Origin: Parasitella parasitica NRRL 2501
Lineage: Eukaryota > Fungi > Mucoromycota
DNA: 64,000 bases
Assembly: GCA_025201805.1 (NCBI GenBank)
Contig: MU619378.1
Coordinates: 19,635 to 83,634, forward strand
Direction: 5' to 3'
This document shows, piece after piece, positions 39,597 through 54,068 of this stretch. The notes under the pieces are model-generated. The model was not told where the DNA came from, did not search any database, and saw only the letters and a list, made by a program, of their open reading frames with translations. Made by a program: the position numbers and the translations under genes. Numbering within the stretch: the first letter of the stretch is position 1; every line of letters begins with the position of its first letter.

Positions 39597-42318
39597 TTTT
39601 CATCGGACAGGATGATGTCGTTGTCCTTTGGATACAAAAACCGCCCCCCCTAATGTCAATTCTATAAAAATAAAACTCGTTTTCATTTTTGTATGCATAT
39701 ACCGTTTCTATTCATGGTCCCTATTTAGAAAAAGGCCAAACAAGAGAAAGAATCGAAAGACATGGATACCGTCGGTACAGTGCGTCTGACAAAGTTTGTC
39801 TATTTTGAGAGAATAGATGAGGTTGGCTTGAAATAATAGAACAACACCTTCTGCATCACGTTCTGCGTCCCCGAAATAGGAATTACCATCAGCGAGAATA
39901 AAAGAAAATTCGTACGAATGACACACTGCCTTGTAAGAAAACCTTGAAAATAGATAGAATTACTAGTTGCTTTGTTCGAAACATTGCGAAAGATGAGCGA
40001 CAGTTACAATGAGTAATGAATAATCATGAACAAAGCTGTTTCTTACTTTTATTGTTTAACGCACTGTAATACATGTCTTTATTTTCCAAACTTTTGTTCT
40101 CTTTTCTGGCCGCAAGCCAAGGAAGAGAAATGTATAGTAGTAGATATTATGCAGAGGTATAAAAATGACAAGGGGTTATTACAGCAAAACATTGTCTTCA
40201 TTAATTATCCTCTTCTGCTTCCAAACTCAATGAGCCAGAACTGTTTGATCATAATACTATGAAGAAATGTGTACCTATGGCATCAAAAACACTTACTTTA
40301 TAGAGCTGTGTCATGTACTAGAATTAATAATAACGTGATACCGTCTCCAGATAGATATTTTTTTACAGCTTAAAAGCAAAAACTTTAGCTTTGTGCGCCA
40401 TCTTTTGACTGATTTTCATAATCAAAAGTGCCCTGAAAACACCAGAAATAGTATCCATTGGGAAAAAACTATATTATATATGATTTTGGTGCAAGTTGAG
40501 CATGATTTTTTTTTCGATGCAAAATGACGGATTTTTTCGATTTTTTCCTTGTATCCACACATCTGAAATCATCGATTACGCATTATCCTCAATTTTGACC
40601 TCAAAAATACAACTTTTTATTATAGCATATATTAGAGGAAAATGATCGTAAAAGGTCATTCCTTGATCTAAGAGACTGGAAATGCGCTCTGATTAAGCAA
40701 AATATTGACTTTTTCCTCTTAATCTGTTTTAGAGGTTTTCTCAACAGAACTAATTCCATAATCTTACGGGAATTGTGAAATTACACCATCGTGTAGAGCG
40801 CCCAAAAATACAGCTATTATCATAAACTGACAGCCGTGGTATGCATAGTATTCGAGGATGATATCTTGCCTCAAAGGAGTAATTTTGTTTTCGAAATGTC
40901 CAAATGGAGTTTCTGAAAGAATTTTTCCTTCCTGATTTTGGATGCGTTTAATCTCCGCTATCAAAGGAAAATGGTAGTTTTTTTAAAGAAAGCATTAGCT
41001 TTGAGAAGCCAAAGCTTACCCGGTTCAAAAAAACAATTGCAAACTAGTTTATTTAAATAGTATGCTTCTTAATTTTCTAATGGTAGTACTTGCATGTCTG
41101 TGCCTGGCCTGACGATCTCACGCTCCGATTTTGAAAAACACTTTTCCGAAAAAAAGTTAGAAAAGTCGCTACCTTCATCTAAGCTATGCAAATATGTAAT
41201 CAAAAGGTTTCTTATAGTCTAACGCATTATTTTAAATTACTTGTTTTTGTGTTTGAAATCGCTAAACATTTTTTTCTTAAAGTTTTTGTCTTTTTTCTAA
41301 CAATAACACACTGAAGTCCGCGTAGACCAAAAAAAAAGCAGACACCTAAAATCTACATACTTTTGAACCATTCCAATATTTTAGAAAAGATGGCTAGATT
41401 GAAATCTGAGGTTAGCAAATCGCAGGCACATATTACATTTTTTTACAGTGCCATATCGCATTGATCAACCAACTTCAAATCGCATCGTTTCAGAAGAAAA
41501 CATACTGCAGCACTTTTGAAACCCTTACGGCATACGAAGCACAGTTTCTTGTGTAAATCAGTCGAAATAAGATCCTTTGTCTTTCAGGATAATAAAGGCC
41601 TGCACCATTTGTATTATTAAATCGGCCAAATATTCTAGGCTCTATACCATACATTGACTATTTCTGCAAATGAGTTGATTGAGCTACATCTTATATTCTT
41701 CGAGAATAAAAGAAAAATACGGTTACCTTCCGTGCCTAAGGCAATCTTAGTTGCCTACGTTTCGGCCTCTAATGTGGTAAATGCTCTTTTAGGCGCACCT
41801 TATTTTCGTAATATTTGAATAACGATAAGCGAAAATTATATCTTTCAAACTTCATAAATACTCTCTCTCTCTCTTTTTTTTTAACAGGAATGGGTTGACC
41901 ACCAAAGTAGATGCTAATGGCGTTACCACATTTTTGCTCAACACTTCGGCAGCATTTTGATTTTAACTCAACAAATTCAACATTTCGTTCAAAACCATGC
42001 AGTTTCAGACTCACTTGCACAACAAAATTAGTTTGTTAGATGGATTTTAATGCTCCAGGGTTTGCTTAGTTAGTGTTATTTCATACTAATTTAATCCATT
42101 ACATGCAGTATCATTTTCCAGGATACAATCTACTCTTGTTGCTACTATTAAATGCGTAACTATCACTTGCTCAAGAAAAAGCGATCAATTATAATATATT
42201 ACGTATCAAAGGAGAAAGTTTTAAACCCCAATAATGCTTCAAAACAATCATATCGTTTGGGATTGTGCGATTCAATCCCATGTCATCATGTATTGCAAAA
42301 CCGGAGCACATCGACAAC

Positions 42319-42328
42319 TATATAAAAG
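42319..42328 (+). promoter_or_regulatory. TATA box candidate
   Basis: TATATAAAAG about 70 nt upstream of the ATG at 42390. Confidence 0.5.
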
Positions 42329-42389
42329 TGCCTCTAATACATACCATTTCACTCCTAAGCGTTTTTCTTTTACTTGTTATTCAAAGATA

Positions 42390-45191
42390 ATGGTACAAAA
42401 TAGTTTGATCTTGTCTGCTATAGCTTTATTGGGCATGTCCCATATGATGCTTGGTGGTATTGAAGCTGCTCCCTCTGCCGATGCTGCTCGTCAATTGTTT
42501 GGCAAAATTTACAACTCACACCACCTTTATAAAGATAACATTGTCCTACTCAAAGAGGGACACAAGACCAATTCTACACATGCTGGCAACTACACTTGTC
42601 CTATTGACATGGGAAACAACACTGTTGACGCTGTAAGTAGTTCTTGATCACCAGCTGCTCATATACGCATATATTGACCTTTTTATATTCACAGTTTAAT
42701 CATTTCCAAGGCATCTTCTTTGGTGACTATGCTAATCACTTCAATGGCTCTAATGTAGAAGGCCCTTTGGCTGTAGGTGGTGATTTTACTGGTTCCAACT
42801 TTGTCATCAACTCGCTTGCAAACACCTCTATTTGCAACACAGAAACCAGTAACTCTACAGTTGCTGCTAACAGCACTGCCAATGCTTTTGAAAACTATGG
42901 TATGGTCCTCGGTGGTGTTCCTATCGCTCAAAATGTTTCTGTGAATGGTGATGTTTTCATTGCCAATGGCACCAACATTGGTATTACTACCACTGGCGCT
43001 CCTTGCCAACTTGAGTTCAACAATAAAACTGGTGCTTTGGACTTTGATTTACTCAAAGAAGCTGCCAACAATGCTTCTGCCTATTTAGCTAACATCCCTC
43101 CCAACATGATCTTGAACAAAGAGGGCAATTTGAGGCCCACTGATATCAACAATCAAACCTCTTTTACTACGCTCAAGTTTGATTCTTGCACTCAAATTGG
43201 CAATTGTGGCGTTGAAGACAAAGAGGCTTCTGATCCTACCAAGATCTTCTTTGGCAACGGTAACTGGACTGGTCCTGAAGGCAATGAAACCTACCCTACT
43301 CATAACCCTGTTGTATTTAACGTAAGTATCTCTTGTTATCTGTAAACGTATAGATAATATTTACTCAATTGTCACACGTCTGCATAGATTCCTGTCACCT
43401 CCGGCACTACTTTGGTCCTTAATTCTACTAATCCTGGTGCCAATCTGACCGCCTGTAATACCATCTATCACGCATATCCCGTAGATACTGAAGGAAACTT
43501 CCAAGCTAACGGTACTTTCTCGGTTAACCGTGAAACAAAAGAATATCTTCCTGGTCTTTTCTTGGCCCCTCGTGGTAAGGTGGATAGTATTTACCACTAA
43601 GTGATGTTAAACTAAAGTGATGCCATTATAGGTACCATTATAGATGGTTTCAAGGGTGGCTTCGAAGGCCAAGTCATTGCCCTGGGTTATACTTGGAGTA
43701 CTGAAGATGGACCTGTTATGAAGTCTTCCGAATGCCCAAATAGAGAATGTTTCCCTTTCAAGGTTCTTAATGAAACCACCGTTGACAACTCCACTACTAC
43801 CGTTAAAACTAAAACCAAGCTCTCCACTGCTGCCCCTATGTATACTTCTGGTATTGCATCAGCTTCATCTTTTATGGTAAGCACAGCCTTCCCTACAAAT
43901 TTTGCGAGTGCTGCATCTCCTGCCCCATCCGTTTCAGAATCGGTTCTCTCTACAGCTATTGAAACCGCAGCTTCTTCTGCTGGTGCATCTGCTATGTATT
44001 CATCCATGTTAACCGCTCTTGAGTCTTCTACTGCATCCTCTGCTGTTTCATCTGTTGAAGTACCAGTATCTTCTTTTTTGACTGCGGCTACTGAGAGAGC
44101 TGCTTCGTCCGCTGCTTCTTTTGTTCGCACATCTGTTGAGACTACTTCCACTGGAGAAACCGCCTCATCCATGAAAACTGCAGTTGCCTCTACTGCTTCA
44201 GCCTTCGAATCATCAGCTTTCGAATCATCCCAAGCCTCTACCAGCGATACTTCAGCTTCCATCGAGACTGTAGCTTCATCTGCTACCTCATCTGTTTATG
44301 AATCTGCTTGGGCTACCTCCACCGAAGAGATTACTTTGTCTATGGAAACTGAAATTTCGTCTACTGCCTCATCTTTTGAACCATCAACCTTTGAATCGGC
44401 ACAAGTTTCTGCTACTGACGCCACTACTTCAATTGAAACTGCTATTTCGTCTGCTGCTTCATCTGCCTATGAGTCTGCCTATGAGTCTGCTCAAATGACT
44501 AGTACTGACGTTGTACCTCCAGTTGTTGCTACTGCAACCAACGTTGCTTCATCTGACGAAAATGCCAAGACTACTATTCTCCTCAGCTCTACTGCTTCAA
44601 ATGAAAAAACAAATTCAGCTGCTGAATCCATCACCACTGTTATCGTCGTACCCAGTGCTACAGCTAGTGAAACCTCTTCTCTTGCATCCGCTTCAGATAA
44701 AGCTACTGTTGCCACAACTCGTGACAGCACTGCTACTAGTTTCACCAAGTCTGCCACCAAATCTTCTTCAAAGAACTCTGATGCTACCAAGAAGCCCAAG
44801 ACATCTGCAGTAACCTCCACCACCAACAATGCCAAGACAAAGACTAAGGATGCTACCACAACTACTACCAAAGACAAGACCAAGACTTCCTCTTCTGATA
44901 AACCTACCATTACTTCTACTAAGAAGGATAAGACAAAGACCAAAGATTACGAAGTTTTTACTACTACAAAACTCAAGGTCAAGACTAAGACTAACAAGCA
45001 TGATGAAGTCAAGACCAAGACCAAGACTAAGGTCAAAACTACTACCATCTGGCATAACGACGAGGATGAAGATGATGAAGACGATGAAGACGATGAAGAT
45101 GACGAAGATGATGAAGATGACGAGTAAACACATCATCTCATCATATAATCTTACTAAATTACTGCTAATCATATATTTTAGTTTTCTTTAA
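42390..45191 (+). CDS. Secreted protein: choice-of-anchor-A-like domain, Ser/Thr-rich stalk, Lys/Thr tract and acidic tail
   Basis: Signal peptide MVQNSLILSAIALLG...IEA; FQGIFFGD...VEGPLAVGGDF, LDFD, VVFN|IPV, GLFLAPRG, FEGQVIA. A probable last intron 45124-45181 gives the end DDDFL*; otherwise the stop is at 45127. Confidence 0.8.
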
Positions 45192-45500
45192 CATAAGTAT
45201 AAACGAATAAATCATTCACGCTTGTAATCGACAGAGAACAAGTATGTTTTTAATTGTAAATCTACTTTTTATTTACGTACAGTGTTTGTCTGGTAAATGC
45301 CTTTCAGAACCACCATATATGAATCAAAAACATGAAATCTTGCATTAGAGGAGGCCAAGACTTGTAGAATGCATTGGAGCCACCCTTGAAGCACGAAATG
45401 TCTCGATTTCATTGGTCTTGTAGTAGTGTTCCAGGCCGTCACATTGCGTATAAAGGCAACAATTTGAAAAATATTCTATCAACTCTTTACATTCAATAAC

Positions 45501-47673
45501 ATGTCTTCACTAACATCACTTGGCGTCAGTAAGTATTAAGTTTAGATCAAAGTCTGCCATGTAGCTGAATTATTCTGCTGGATTTTATTAGACAAAAACA
45601 AGAAACTATTTGCTCCAAAACTGAGTAAACGTAAAGATCGCAATGATCGTAAACCAAATGCGACAAAGGGTACTGTGGATGTTTCTCCAAAAACAGATCC
45701 TCCTCAACCTGCAATAGCTGGAAAATCATCTAGAATACAAGGAATAGATACAGCTATCCCGTCAGTAGCAAAAGCAGCAAGGTCTATGGCGGCAAGAACA
45801 GTGGATTCATCCTTAACCGCCGTAAAACTTCAACCAATGTCTGCCACAGTGGATTCTACAGAGAAAGGATCCGCCTCAGTTGACACCAAAAATGAGCCGT
45901 TGACAGAAGAAGAGTTAGCCATCAATGCATCTGCAGCGAGCCGAAAAAGAAGACGTCCTTCCTATGAAGAGCCCGTCCCAACAAATACTCCTTCTCCAAT
46001 GTCTGCCATAGATAAACCAGATTGTACCTTTGAGAAACACAGACAAGATGTCCTTCCCTTTTTAAAGGTTGAACGAATGACACCGGACACAAAAAAGAGA
46101 TTATATGACATTACTGAAGAGCCTCAACAACCCACCGATGACACTGCAACATCAGAAGACTTGGTTCCCATCAGAAAAGAAAGTGTAGCTCCAAAGATTG
46201 ACTTGGACGATGATAACATAGATTATTCAGACTTGCTGGCGAGTGGAGAAGACGATGATGTCGACGTTGATGGTGATGTTCATGTGGAAAGACTTATGCC
46301 GGTATATATTGACGTTGGCACTCCGTCTTCAAAGGAACCAAAAAAAAGACTAGCATTAAAGCGACTGTTACCACGATCATCAAAATCTAGCGCAAATGTA
46401 AAGTTAAAGGCTGCCAGGTACTCTTCGGACCAAGATGAAAGTGATCAGTTGGATGAGGATAAGGATAAGGAGGAGGAGAAGGAGGAGGATGAAGTGGGGG
46501 ATAAAGAGAAAAAAGAGCAGCCCAAGCCAGCTCCAAAAAAGAGAATGATCCAGCCGTTAAAGGTGAAAAGAAAAAGCATAGCAAAAGAAAAACCAGTGGC
46601 CAAGAAGAAATCAACACCCAGCAGCAAAGGCGCAAAGAAAGGAGGAGCAACAGCAGTTTCTATCGGGATTAATATACCTACGGCATCATCATCTACTCGT
46701 CTTGCTTCTTCTGGTGCAGCGAAATCAGACAAGACAGACCCAGGCGAGGAAGAATACTCTGAAGTGGATTCAGACGGTAAAAGAGTAGTGCGAACCAGAA
46801 AGAAGAAACAAAAAGGCGAAAAGAAATATAAATACGCATATCGCCTTGTCGAAAATATGAAAACATTAGACGATATTACAAACGATCCTACATCTGTCAA
46901 TAATCTCCATAAACCCATGTCTAGTTTCACTAAGGACGTTGACGGCATTGTTTCGAAAACATTCAAAGAAATGGAAACGCAAAGAATGAGGGCTAAAAAG
47001 AAAAAGGAAGAGACAAGTAGAATGTCACAAGAAGAATTAGAGGCATTGAGAAAAAAAGAAGCTGAGGAAGAACGCATCGCAACAGAAATAAAAGAAGCTG
47101 CCAAAGCGAGAGAGGAAGAAAGGCGTAAAAAAGAACTGGAAGGAAAAGTATTAGCAGAATCATCCAATGCTTTGCAAGTGCGTATTGTCAACGGAGAAAT
47201 TGTGCTCGATGCAGATTCTCTAGTTGTTGAAAGAAGAGAAGGAAGTGACGCAAATTATGGCGAGAACCCAATGGAAATTGTAGAAGAAAACTCAACAACC
47301 AAAAAGGTCAACAGTGGCACATATGGTAAAAGAAAGCAATCTTCTCGGTGGGACGATATGGAAACTGCATTATTTTACGACTGTCTCTCACAGTTTGGCA
47401 CTGATTTTGAAATGATTGCCAACATGATCCCAGGAAGGAATCGAAGCCAGATCAGAACCAAGTTCAATCGAGAAGAAAAACTGTGCCCTGAAAAAGTTAC
47501 TGAATATATGATTACAAAAAGAAAACTCATGGGTAATTAATTCTATATCTTCATAGCTTGCAATCCGCCCGCTAACTTTCTACGTGTCATTAGATTTAGA
47601 TAAATACAAAGAAGTTACAGGAATCGAATTGGAAACAGTACCCGACGATTTTCATGAAATGCAGCTAGCATGA
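45501..47673 (+). CDS. BDP1: TFIIIB B'' subunit (SANT/Myb domain), 3 exons
   Basis: KKLFAPK; LQVRIVNGEIVLDADSLVV; RWDDMETALFYDCLSQFGTDFEMIANMIPGRNRSQIRTKFNREEK. Confidence 0.92.
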
Positions 47674-47754
47674 TTGCAATAAAACGAAAGACATACGTAC
47701 AATGTAATATTTACAGCTGGCTTTTCTTTTTTATTATTATTATCATAATTAGCT

Positions 47755-48406
47755 TCATGATTTTGTTACCATTGCTTGAATAACACCATCTTTTTGTATC
47801 TGGATTGCTCGGTTTTTTGGCGCTGGCAGAGGCGAATCGGCATCAGTTTGTGTGGGCACAATAACGTGCTGATCAGGTAAAATCCTGCCTAAATAAATGA
47901 GTTTGACACGAGCGTTTTTTTCCAAGTGTGGTAATAACTCTTGTCGCAGTCCAGATACTGTTAAATAAGGAGGCTGCGTTGGTACTTGGAAAGTGATGTC
48001 TTGCCCATTATTTGAAAGTCGGACATATATTGGCCATGTGGAGGTAGCAGTTGCGGTTGTAGTTGTGGTAGTAGTAGCAGTAGCAGTAGCAGCGGCAGCA
48101 GCATTGGAAGATGTAACTGAAGAGCTATTATCCATTTCCCTTGAAGAAGTCTTTTCAATATTACTTTGTGAATGTAACGAGGAAGAGGCTCTTGTAATTG
48201 TAACCTCGGGCTTGTTGATTTGGACTGGGAACATACGACATTAGCATCGATTGTTTTGTGTGCAGTTTCCTCTGCTACTTACTTGGAGATGGCTGCTGTA
48301 GCTGTGTCTGTGCTCTATTATTGCTATTAGTAGCTGCTGCTGCATTTGATATATTTAAGCCAGCTTCTCCATCGTCAGTTGCAGGTATCGAAGAACAACA
48401 ACCCAT
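47755..48406 (-). CDS. Small ubiquitin-like-domain protein with MGCC N-terminus (UBTD-like)
   Basis: Exon 1 MGCCSSIP; C-terminal UBL IYVRLS...KLIYLGRILPD...VIQAMV. Confidence 0.75.
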
Positions 48407-48524
48407 GATTGAGTATTTTATTGAAAAGAAAAATAGCAGATGCTACAGTGTGCGTGTAATTGTTTGTGTCGAAAAAGACGAGAAATTAATTTCCTTTTAG
48501 ATGGTTGCTCCAGTCACATCAGCA

Positions 48525-49676
48525 TCATTCAAGGTCTTCCTCGAGCACTATTGAAAGCCCAACTTTGTTAATAATATAATGCAGCATTGTTTGTGTGTAA
48601 CTTGGTTAAACATACGTTGTTGGTGGTCATCATGTGCCCTATTCACCCAATTATCCTTGCTTAATCTCTGCTTGACAAATGACGAAAACAAGACAAACTC
48701 AAATACGATAAATGAATCAATGGAGAGCTGGATCGCACCGCATACTATAAACTGCAGAGGCGATTGTTTGTATACGAAGTAAAACAATTTAAATCCATCG
48801 CCCAAAAACTACACAATAAATGTCCTTCTATCAGCTGAAGCCCAAGTAGTAATCCCATCACCAAATAATACAAACCCATGATGCCAAAACTAACAAGCTG
48901 AAGCCGCTGGTTGATCTCTGTTTAAAGTTGGATATGCATTGTGGTAGCGGCAATGTCGATTCAATTCCTAAACTCAATGCTCCTAAAATCTCGATAAACG
49001 CAGGATACTGTCTTAGAAGCAAATACAAAAATGCAATGAGGGTCGTAAAAGCGAGCAGACAATTGATATAATCCAGGTAATGATCCCAGGTCCAAAATGG
49101 GAGGCGCCATGATCGCCTTAATGAGTGTCGCTGTAGCTCTAATCCATTTTCTTCCGCCCTCAAATCCTCCTCTATAGAATTCGAGCTAAAGGATGATCTT
49201 AATTCACTGTAGAGAACTGCAAAGCTTTGATCATGCTTATATCGCACTACAATTTCTAGTAAAATCAACATTGCAGCAATCATTATGATAGATTGAAGCA
49301 GCAACGTCAATTCAAATCGTTTCCCAATCCTAATCATACAATCAATATCAATAGTTTTCATTATCACACTGTTCATATATATACCAAAAGAATATTCGTA
49401 GAATGCTATAGAAAATAAACCGGTTTCAGTAACGATTTACATACTCTATAGTGGATATACATTACTTTGCAAATAATAGAATAGCACAAGTCATCGAGTT
49501 GAAACCAACACTGGATTGCTTACGCTTTATAAGAAAGTACTACAACAAAATGACAAGTTAGAAATCATTGTTAAGGTTTTTCTCTTTGCGTAATATTCTC
49601 TTACTTGATCAATATAACCCACAACAGGACCTATCACCATAGCCGCTGATAACGCAACTGAGGCTATATCTGACAT
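48525..49676 (-). CDS. PQ-loop membrane protein (Any1/PQLC1-like), multi-exon
   Basis: GYIDQY, GFNSMTCAILLFANILRIFFW, ESTLPLPQCISNF, GDGFKLFYF, PLQFIVCG. Confidence 0.88.
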
Positions 49677-51720
49677 TTTCAAAGTGAAAATTGAAGAAAA
49701 AGAGCTTCTTGCTGCAAAAAGGGAAAAAGTCTTGTCTCCCTTTTTTCAGAAGCAGCCATTTAATATGTTGGGAGCATGCCTTCATATTGCACACGGCTTT
49801 CTTGCATATGACTATAGGCTTCAATCTTATGATATACATGACTTGACTGTTGAGCATTGTAGAATTGAGCATATGCATATATTTGATCATAAACAACCTT
49901 GGCTGCTCCGTCATGTTCTATGGTGGCATCAAACGGCCGGCATTCTAACTACTAAACTTACCGCTTTTGTTTTATCACTCTAGCTTACGTTCACACAATA
50001 CCTAAGCAAATAAATCTATTGAGATGATACTTTTGAATTATTAAATGGCTCTGCATTCATAAGAAATATATGTTAACTCTCAACTTTAAACATCATATCT
50101 TCTACAGCAATACAAGCATTTATCGAGTTGTATGATAATTGTCAATCTTGCTAACTGATGCTACCTGCTTCCTTCTTTTTTTGTTTTATTAAATGTGTCG
50201 AGTGTTGTATCAGAAGTTGCAGGTATATTGTCACTTATCTTCATTCCGCATGTTCACATATATAAACAACATTGTTGTATATTGGGTCTAATATCAGCAC
50301 AACCAGCGCTATCTGAGCATTATTTGATTTCCACTAGGCGATGTGCCTATCAAAAGTTATGTGCAGAAACAGTTTTTATTTTCATAATCACCAGACATTT
50401 GGCCATTAATTAATTAGTAGAAAAATCGAGATCGAATTTGAAAAACATAACCCTATCTAATGAAAATATTTCTATAAGACAAAAGTATCGATATCTATAA
50501 AGTTATCAACAGAAAACACAAATTTTTATAATGTTCAGCTACCATATATTAGTATTACTATACCTTTGCAAAGTCTAAAGAATGTTGAGTAAACCATCAA
50601 CAATCTTAATAATAGTTGCGAGAGACTCATTAGCTTGCTCCTTGATAAATATCTAATGAACTACAAAAAGAGATACAAATAGAGCTGATCGATAACTCTT
50701 AGATCTTTTTCTGTTATCACCACTCAGTTGCTCATTTGCAATGCGACAAGCAAAGCCAATGTTCAAGTTATTACCTTCAGTTTCGAGTTATCTAGTTTGG
50801 TAGAATAATATCACTAATGATCTGAATCAAGCCTATTATCTAATGAATTTGTGGTTTTCTGCTATCACTTATTGTCTTTGCTTGTTCTTTTTATAATCTA
50901 AGCTGAAAACAGGAACGAGAATACATGATATGTTTTTGGCATATACTTTCAAAAAATACTATTCTCCACATTATACTCCTTAGCTTTAATAACAAAAGAT
51001 ATGTAATGGCCATGTTTTACCTTTTTTGTATATGTCTATCGTATTGCCATCGCGGCAGTCAACAGTTAGACAAGTACTATGAGCTTCTTCTATAATGATC
51101 GCATTATATTATACATAATATATTTAAATAAATCTGACTAGACACAGATCTTAGTATAGATTGGAGCCTTGATAAAATATCTCAACAAACATTTGATCTG
51201 TCACTACTGGACAACATTCTTTACTATAAAAAACTACCTTTTATCACATACATTTTCTCATCTGTTACTTGGCCAGTATTACCTACATGCAGTATATAGT
51301 AAGTAATGGCTGAGATAACAAAGCTAACAATGAGAATTGCCAATTTTCTACATACTCTCTTAGATTTTTGTACTCAATCACAAGCAATTACCATAGATGA
51401 GTTTTACTCTTTTGCTCTCGTTTATATTACATCATTGTGTGTCTTTCAAAATGGCAATGCCATTCCTTTTTCAGCAAAGGGAACGAAGGTACCATAGCCC
51501 AAGCAACAACGCAGCAAGGCAAGAGCAAACTGTAGATTGCAAAGGAACTTGTGAAGTAGTGTGCCAGAATGACATCATCCATGCTTGTTTCACAGCATCT
51601 TCTCATTATTTTACAATATGCGGGATGCTAAATGAGATAAAGCAAAGTAGAAACCAAGGTGCTTTTTTCTCTCTTTTTCGTGTGATTCACCATATCTAAA
51701 CCACATAACTCAAATTCTTT

Positions 51721-53365
51721 ATGGATATAAAAAGCTGGTTAAGAACAGTATTGCAACATGTAAGCATTTTTGCATTATTTTCTACTCTTCACAGCCATCA
51801 TTATTCGAAAAAAGAAAAAGAAAGATAGCTAATACTTCGTGATGTAGTATCAAGACCCAGAAAGAACCTTTCGAGATGTGGATGCAGTTCTTCAAACGTA
51901 TCTATCTTTAAAACCAAAGATGGATACCTACAGTACGTTCATTTTTCATACTAGCTCTGCAGATTATACGTTTGCTAAATTACATTTGTAGCGTCGAATG
52001 ATGGTCATACGGAACTGTTATTATGCTTACATGGCACAGTTCCCATCACCTATCGCTCTATTCCCTATAACATCCCGGTAGCTTTTTGGATCCCCAAAGA
52101 ATATCCTAAATCTTCACCTATCCCGTATGTCAAACCAACCGCAAACATGTTGATTAGAGAAGGTAGACATGTTGATAAAAGCGGTATGTGCTATCACCAT
52201 TATAGATCAAGCTGGTCAAGTGATCAAGTAAGTATGCATAGGCTTTCTTTTCCCTTTCTCACTAATAATAATAATAATAATAAAAAAACCACCAGAAGCA
52301 CACTTTTTTGGAGCTTGTTGCTATTCTACAGCAAGTGTTTGCCCAAGAGCCACCAGTATATACCAAGCCAACAAGCATTGCCACAAGCAATGTGGGATCG
52401 CCGCAAATACAGTCAGAATCGCTTTTGGATAAAGTTTCAACTTCCCAACAACAAAGACAATCAATGCCATCACAGTGTATAACAAACGGAAGCCCTGCCT
52501 TATCGCACGCATCACCGGATATGCATAGATGGATGGGGGAAAGCACAGCATTATACAATATGAATCAAGGACTGGCTGTAAGCATTGCATGTCTAATGCC
52601 ACTAAATGGCACTAATGCTTCTAAATAGTCAATGAACCTGAATAATAACTTGACCAAGTCGGCATCACTCCCAGCGATCGCCAACATGCCGTATCCTCAG
52701 TTACCACAAACACCCACATTAATGCCTGGCAACGGCAATGTAGTAATAGATAAAAATAATGCACACAATAGTATCAACGGTTACAGTATCCAGGAATCGC
52801 TCTATAGGAAAGTGACAGATAAATTGCAGCAATACAATGTATCAATTTCTGGGGACATGGATAGATTACTGCTCCAGAATCGACAATTGAATGAGGGAGA
52901 AATAAGCGTCGATCAAGAATTCAGAGCTTTGACGGATATTAAGGAGCGATTGAAATACAACAATTTAGTTCTAGAATCGAAATCAATGGAAATTGACCAA
53001 GTAACAGAAAAAGTGAATGGGATACCAGATGTCCAAGTTGATGAGGCACTATGCGGAACAACCGTGGTTGCTAATCAGTAAGTTGATTCAAGGTTTAAAA
53101 CGGGAATAGTGGTTGATAAAATTCGACTTGTGCATAGGCTCTTTGAGTTGGTGGCAGATGATAATGCCATTTCTGATACAGTTTATTTTTTGGCTAAAGC
53201 TTTGAATTCTGAAAGAATTGATTTGACACAATTCATGAAGGTAAGCAGCGGCTACATCTCCAATATTCCTGTTCTTTAATAGTTGTATTAATGTAGTACA
53301 CCCGTATTTTATCAAGAGAACAATTTATGAAGAGGGCTTTGATAAAAAAAATTACTCAAACTTGA
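51721..53365 (+). CDS. VPS23: ESCRT-I subunit Vps23/TSG101 (UEV, coiled coil, Steadiness box)
   Basis: LLCLHGTVPITYRSIPYNIPVAFWIPKEYPKSSPIPYVKPT; NQLFELVADDNAISDTVYFLAKAL; FMKYTRILSREQFMKRAL. Confidence 0.93.
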
Positions 53366-54006
53366 ATAAAAGCTCTTTGATGCGCATGAAAGCTTTGCAG
53401 ATGTGTCGTTCAAATTCCTATTTGAGGCATCTTTAAGATGATATGGTATTGACTCTGTGTAACAGCTAATGCACTTTCAAATAGGATCAAGGTACAACGA
53501 GGATATTGAGTCGGGATAACATCACCTTGTCATGATGATGTTTTCACTTGATATTAGCTGATTTAATTTGAATCTTGTTTAAAATTTTGAGAATAATCAT
53601 TACAACATTATATTCCTAGATAAAAGCGAAATATATAATATGTTGTATGAACAATTTGCAAATGTACTAATTGGGTCAGTTTTCGATTTAGCTTTAGTGT
53701 AACAATTAACATCTAATGCTACAACTAAATAAACTACGCCTATTAACGTCTTATTTACTAGGCTTTTCATAGAGAAAAATAGATGGAAATATCGAGAGCA
53801 TATCAGATCAATGAATGCTGCGATTAGTTGACGTAAAAGAACTTTTTCTCCTTCTTTTGAGCTCACACTTTGGTAGGAACCAACATCTCGGACTACAAAT
53901 GTTGACCAAGGGTATCCCTTCAACAAGCCACCCCCACCCTTATATTATTCGGGAAACCTGGTCTTTTAGCCATTTCCAATCTATTCTTTCTGTTTCCATC
54001 TCTCTT

Positions 54007-54026
54007 NNNNNNNNNNNNNNNNNNNN
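54007..54026. other. Assembly gap (N run)
   Basis: 20 Ns. Confidence 1.
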
Positions 54027-54068
54027 CGTAATATCTAATCAACAAGAAGGAGCCACTATCCAGGGAAA

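Noticed and set aside
40930-41060. SAP-motif-like peptide RKMVVFLKKALALRSQSLPGSKKQLQTSL
   Set aside because: Weak match, flanked by stop codons, with no gene structure.
50400-50800. Coding-like minus-strand stretch between the PQ-loop gene and VPS23
   Set aside because: Multiple stop codons and no identifiable homology.
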